A DNA stretch of 64,000 nucleotides. Origin: Mobula hypostoma. Lineage: Eukaryota. A program made the position numbers and the translations under genes. Every line of letters begins with the position of its first letter. The first letter of the stretch is position 1. The DNA is taken from contig NC_086097.1 in NCBI RefSeq assembly GCF_963921235.1, positions 204,230,001-204,294,000 of the forward strand. The letters are read 5' to 3'. Positions 62,259-64,000 of the stretch are shown here, one piece after another. Under the pieces are notes generated by a model. The model saw nothing but the letters and a program-made list of their open reading frames with translations, was not told where the DNA came from and made no database searches.

Positions 62259-63197
62259 ATGGAGGCAGCAGTTAGGGCAGCTGAGTGCTCCATTTGCAGG
62301 ATGTGGGAAGTCAGGGAGAGCACAATTGTGCCTGATGACTACACCTGTAAAAGGTGCATCCAGCTGCAGCTCCTGAAAAACCGAGTTAGGGAACTGGAGC
62401 TGGATATGGATAAACTTCGGATCATTCGTGAGGCAGAGGCAGAAATAAACAGGAGTTACAGGGAGATAATCACCCCTAAGAGTCAGGAGACAGGTAGCTG
62501 GGTGACTGTCAGGAGAGGGAAGGGGAATAGACAGAATGAGCAGAGCACCCCTGTGGCCGTTCCCACCAATAACAAGTACATCGTTTTGGACACTGTTGAT
62601 GGGGACGACCCACCTGGGACAAGTTGCAGTGGTTGCGTCTCTGGCACTGAGATGGAACCCTCAACTCAGAAGGGAAGGAGGGAAAAGAGAGCAGTAGTGA
62701 TAGGGGATTCAATAGTTCGGGGGACAGATAAGAGGCTCTGTGGAAGAGATCGAGAATCCCGGATGGTCTGTTGCCTTCCTGGTGCCAAGGTCCGCGATAT
62801 CTCGGATCGAGCTCTCAGTATTCTCAAGAGGGATGGTGAGCAGCCGGATGTCGTGGTCCATGCAGGCACCAAAGACATGGGTAGGAAGAGTGAAGAGGTC
62901 CTGAAAGGAGAGTTTAGGGAGTTAGGAGCCAAGTTAAAGGACAGGACCTCCAGGGTAACAATCTCAGGATTGCTACCAGTGTCACGTGCAGGCGAGTTTA
63001 GAAATAATAAGATAGCACAGATCAACACGTGGCTGAAGACATGGTGCAGGAGGGAGGGCTTCAGATTTATAGATAATTGGGCAGTTTTCCAGGGAAGGTG
63101 GGACCTGTTCCAGTTGGATGGTTTACATCTGAATTGGAGGGGGACAAATATGCTTGCAGGTAGGTTTGCCAGAAAGGCTCCTGTGGATTTAAACTAG
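62259..63197 (+). CDS. CR1 ORF1 protein (312 aa): CxxC-CxxC zinc finger, leucine-zipper coiled coil, SGNH/GDSL-like esterase domain
   Basis: ATG start in good context; CSIC..CKRC; LQLLKNRVRELELDMDKL; VVIGDS, HAGTKD, DGLH motifs; ends LN*. Confidence 0.85.
   Translation: MEAAVRAAECSICRMWEVRESTIVPDDYTCKRCIQLQLLKNRVRELELDMDKLRIIREAEAEINRSYREIITPKSQETGSWVTVRRGKGNRQNEQSTPVAVPTNNKYIVLDTVDGDDPPGTSCSGCVSGTEMEPSTQKGRREKRAVVIGDSIVRGTDKRLCGRDRESRMVCCLPGAKVRDISDRALSILKRDGEQPDVVVHAGTKDMGRKSEEVLKGEFRELGAKLKDRTSRVTISGLLPVSRAGEFRNNKIAQINTWLKTWCRREGFRFIDNWAVFQGRWDLFQLDGLHLNWRGTNMLAGRFARKAPVDLN
63188..63194 (+). promoter_or_regulatory. Putative -1 frameshift slippery heptamer T TTA AAC at the CR1 ORF1/ORF2 junction
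   Basis: gtg gaT TTA AAC tag; the -1 frame reads FKLDTRGEGNQS...GGKFLKCI with no ATG. Confidence 0.55.
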
Positions 63198-64000
63198 ATA
63201 CAAGGGGGGAGGGGAACCAGAGTGTAGGAACGGATGTAGGGGAGAAGGAAGAAAAAGAAAATAGTAAAGTTGTTTACACCATTAGTGATAAACAGAGAGT
63301 AAGAGGCGGAAAATTTCTTAAGTGCATTTAGGAGCATTATAAGAAAAGTGGATAAGCTTAAAGTATGGGTTGATACTTGGAAGTATGATGTGGTAGCTAT
63401 TAGTGAAACTTGGTTGCAGGAGGGGTGTGATTGGTAACTAAATATTCCTGGATTTCGTTGCTTCAGGTGTGATAGAATTGGAGGGACAAGAGGGGGAGGT
63501 GTTGCATTGCTTGTCAGAGAAAATATTACAGCGGTGCTCAGGCAGGATAGATTAGAGGGCTCGTCTAGGGAGGTTATTTGGGTGGAATTCAGGAATGGGA
63601 AAGGTGCAGTAGTACTTACAGGGGTGTATTATAGACTACCTAATGGGGGAGCAAGAATTGGAGGAGCAAATTTGTAAGGAGATAGCAGATATTTGTAGTA
63701 AGCACAGGTTGGGATTGTGGGAGATTTTAATTTTCCACACACTGACTGGGAAGCCCATTCTGTAAAAGGGCTGGATGGTTTGGAGTTTGTAAAATGTGTG
63801 CAAGATAGTTTTTTGCAGCAATACATAGAGGTACCAACTAGAGAAGGGGCAGTGTTGGATCTCCTGTTAGGGAATGAGATAGGTCAGGTGACAGAGGTAT
63901 GTGTTGGGGAGCACTTCAGGTCCATTGATCACAATACCATCAGTTTCAATATGATTATGGAGAAGGATAGGTCTAGACCCAGGGTTGAGATTTTTGATTG

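Larger units (their letters stand above)
62245..64000 (+). mobile_element. CR1 LINE 5' half (ORF1 intact, ORF2 APE degenerate), running off the window end
   Basis: ORF1 followed by LKCI.., YDVVAISETWL, GDFNFPHTDW, PTREGAVLDLLLGN. Confidence 0.9.

Noticed and set aside
1..64000. Prokaryotic or viral system (retron, DGR, defence island) suggested by the many RT ORFs
   Set aside because: All RTs carry CR1, Rex1 or Gypsy signatures and are fragmented; there is no operon structure.

Overview
Eukaryotic, repeat-saturated vertebrate DNA with no recognisable host gene. The repeat families suggest a cartilaginous fish such as a ray or shark (inference). Most of the window is decayed, deeply nested retrotransposons: many CR1-clade LINEs (ORF1 with zinc finger, coiled coil and SGNH-esterase; ORF2 with APE endonuclease and RT), Rex1/Babar-like LINEs, Penelope-like fragments (one with a GIY-YIG endonuclease), an internally deleted Gmr1-like Gypsy LTR element, a solo LTR with a 5-bp TSD, a probable RTE-derived short element and a V-SINE. 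Most notable signals: (1) four divergent CR1 copies end ORF1 in the slippery heptamer T TTA AAC, and in three of them ORF2 is in the -1 frame with no AUG before the endonuclease, pointing to -1 programmed ribosomal frameshifting; (2) minimal hammerhead ribozyme motifs in Penelope terminal repeats, one inside a perfect 31-bp foldback; (3) an 88-bp exact inverted copy of a neighbouring CR1 segment patched into another CR1. Element boundaries were read by eye and are approximate unless a TSD is cited.
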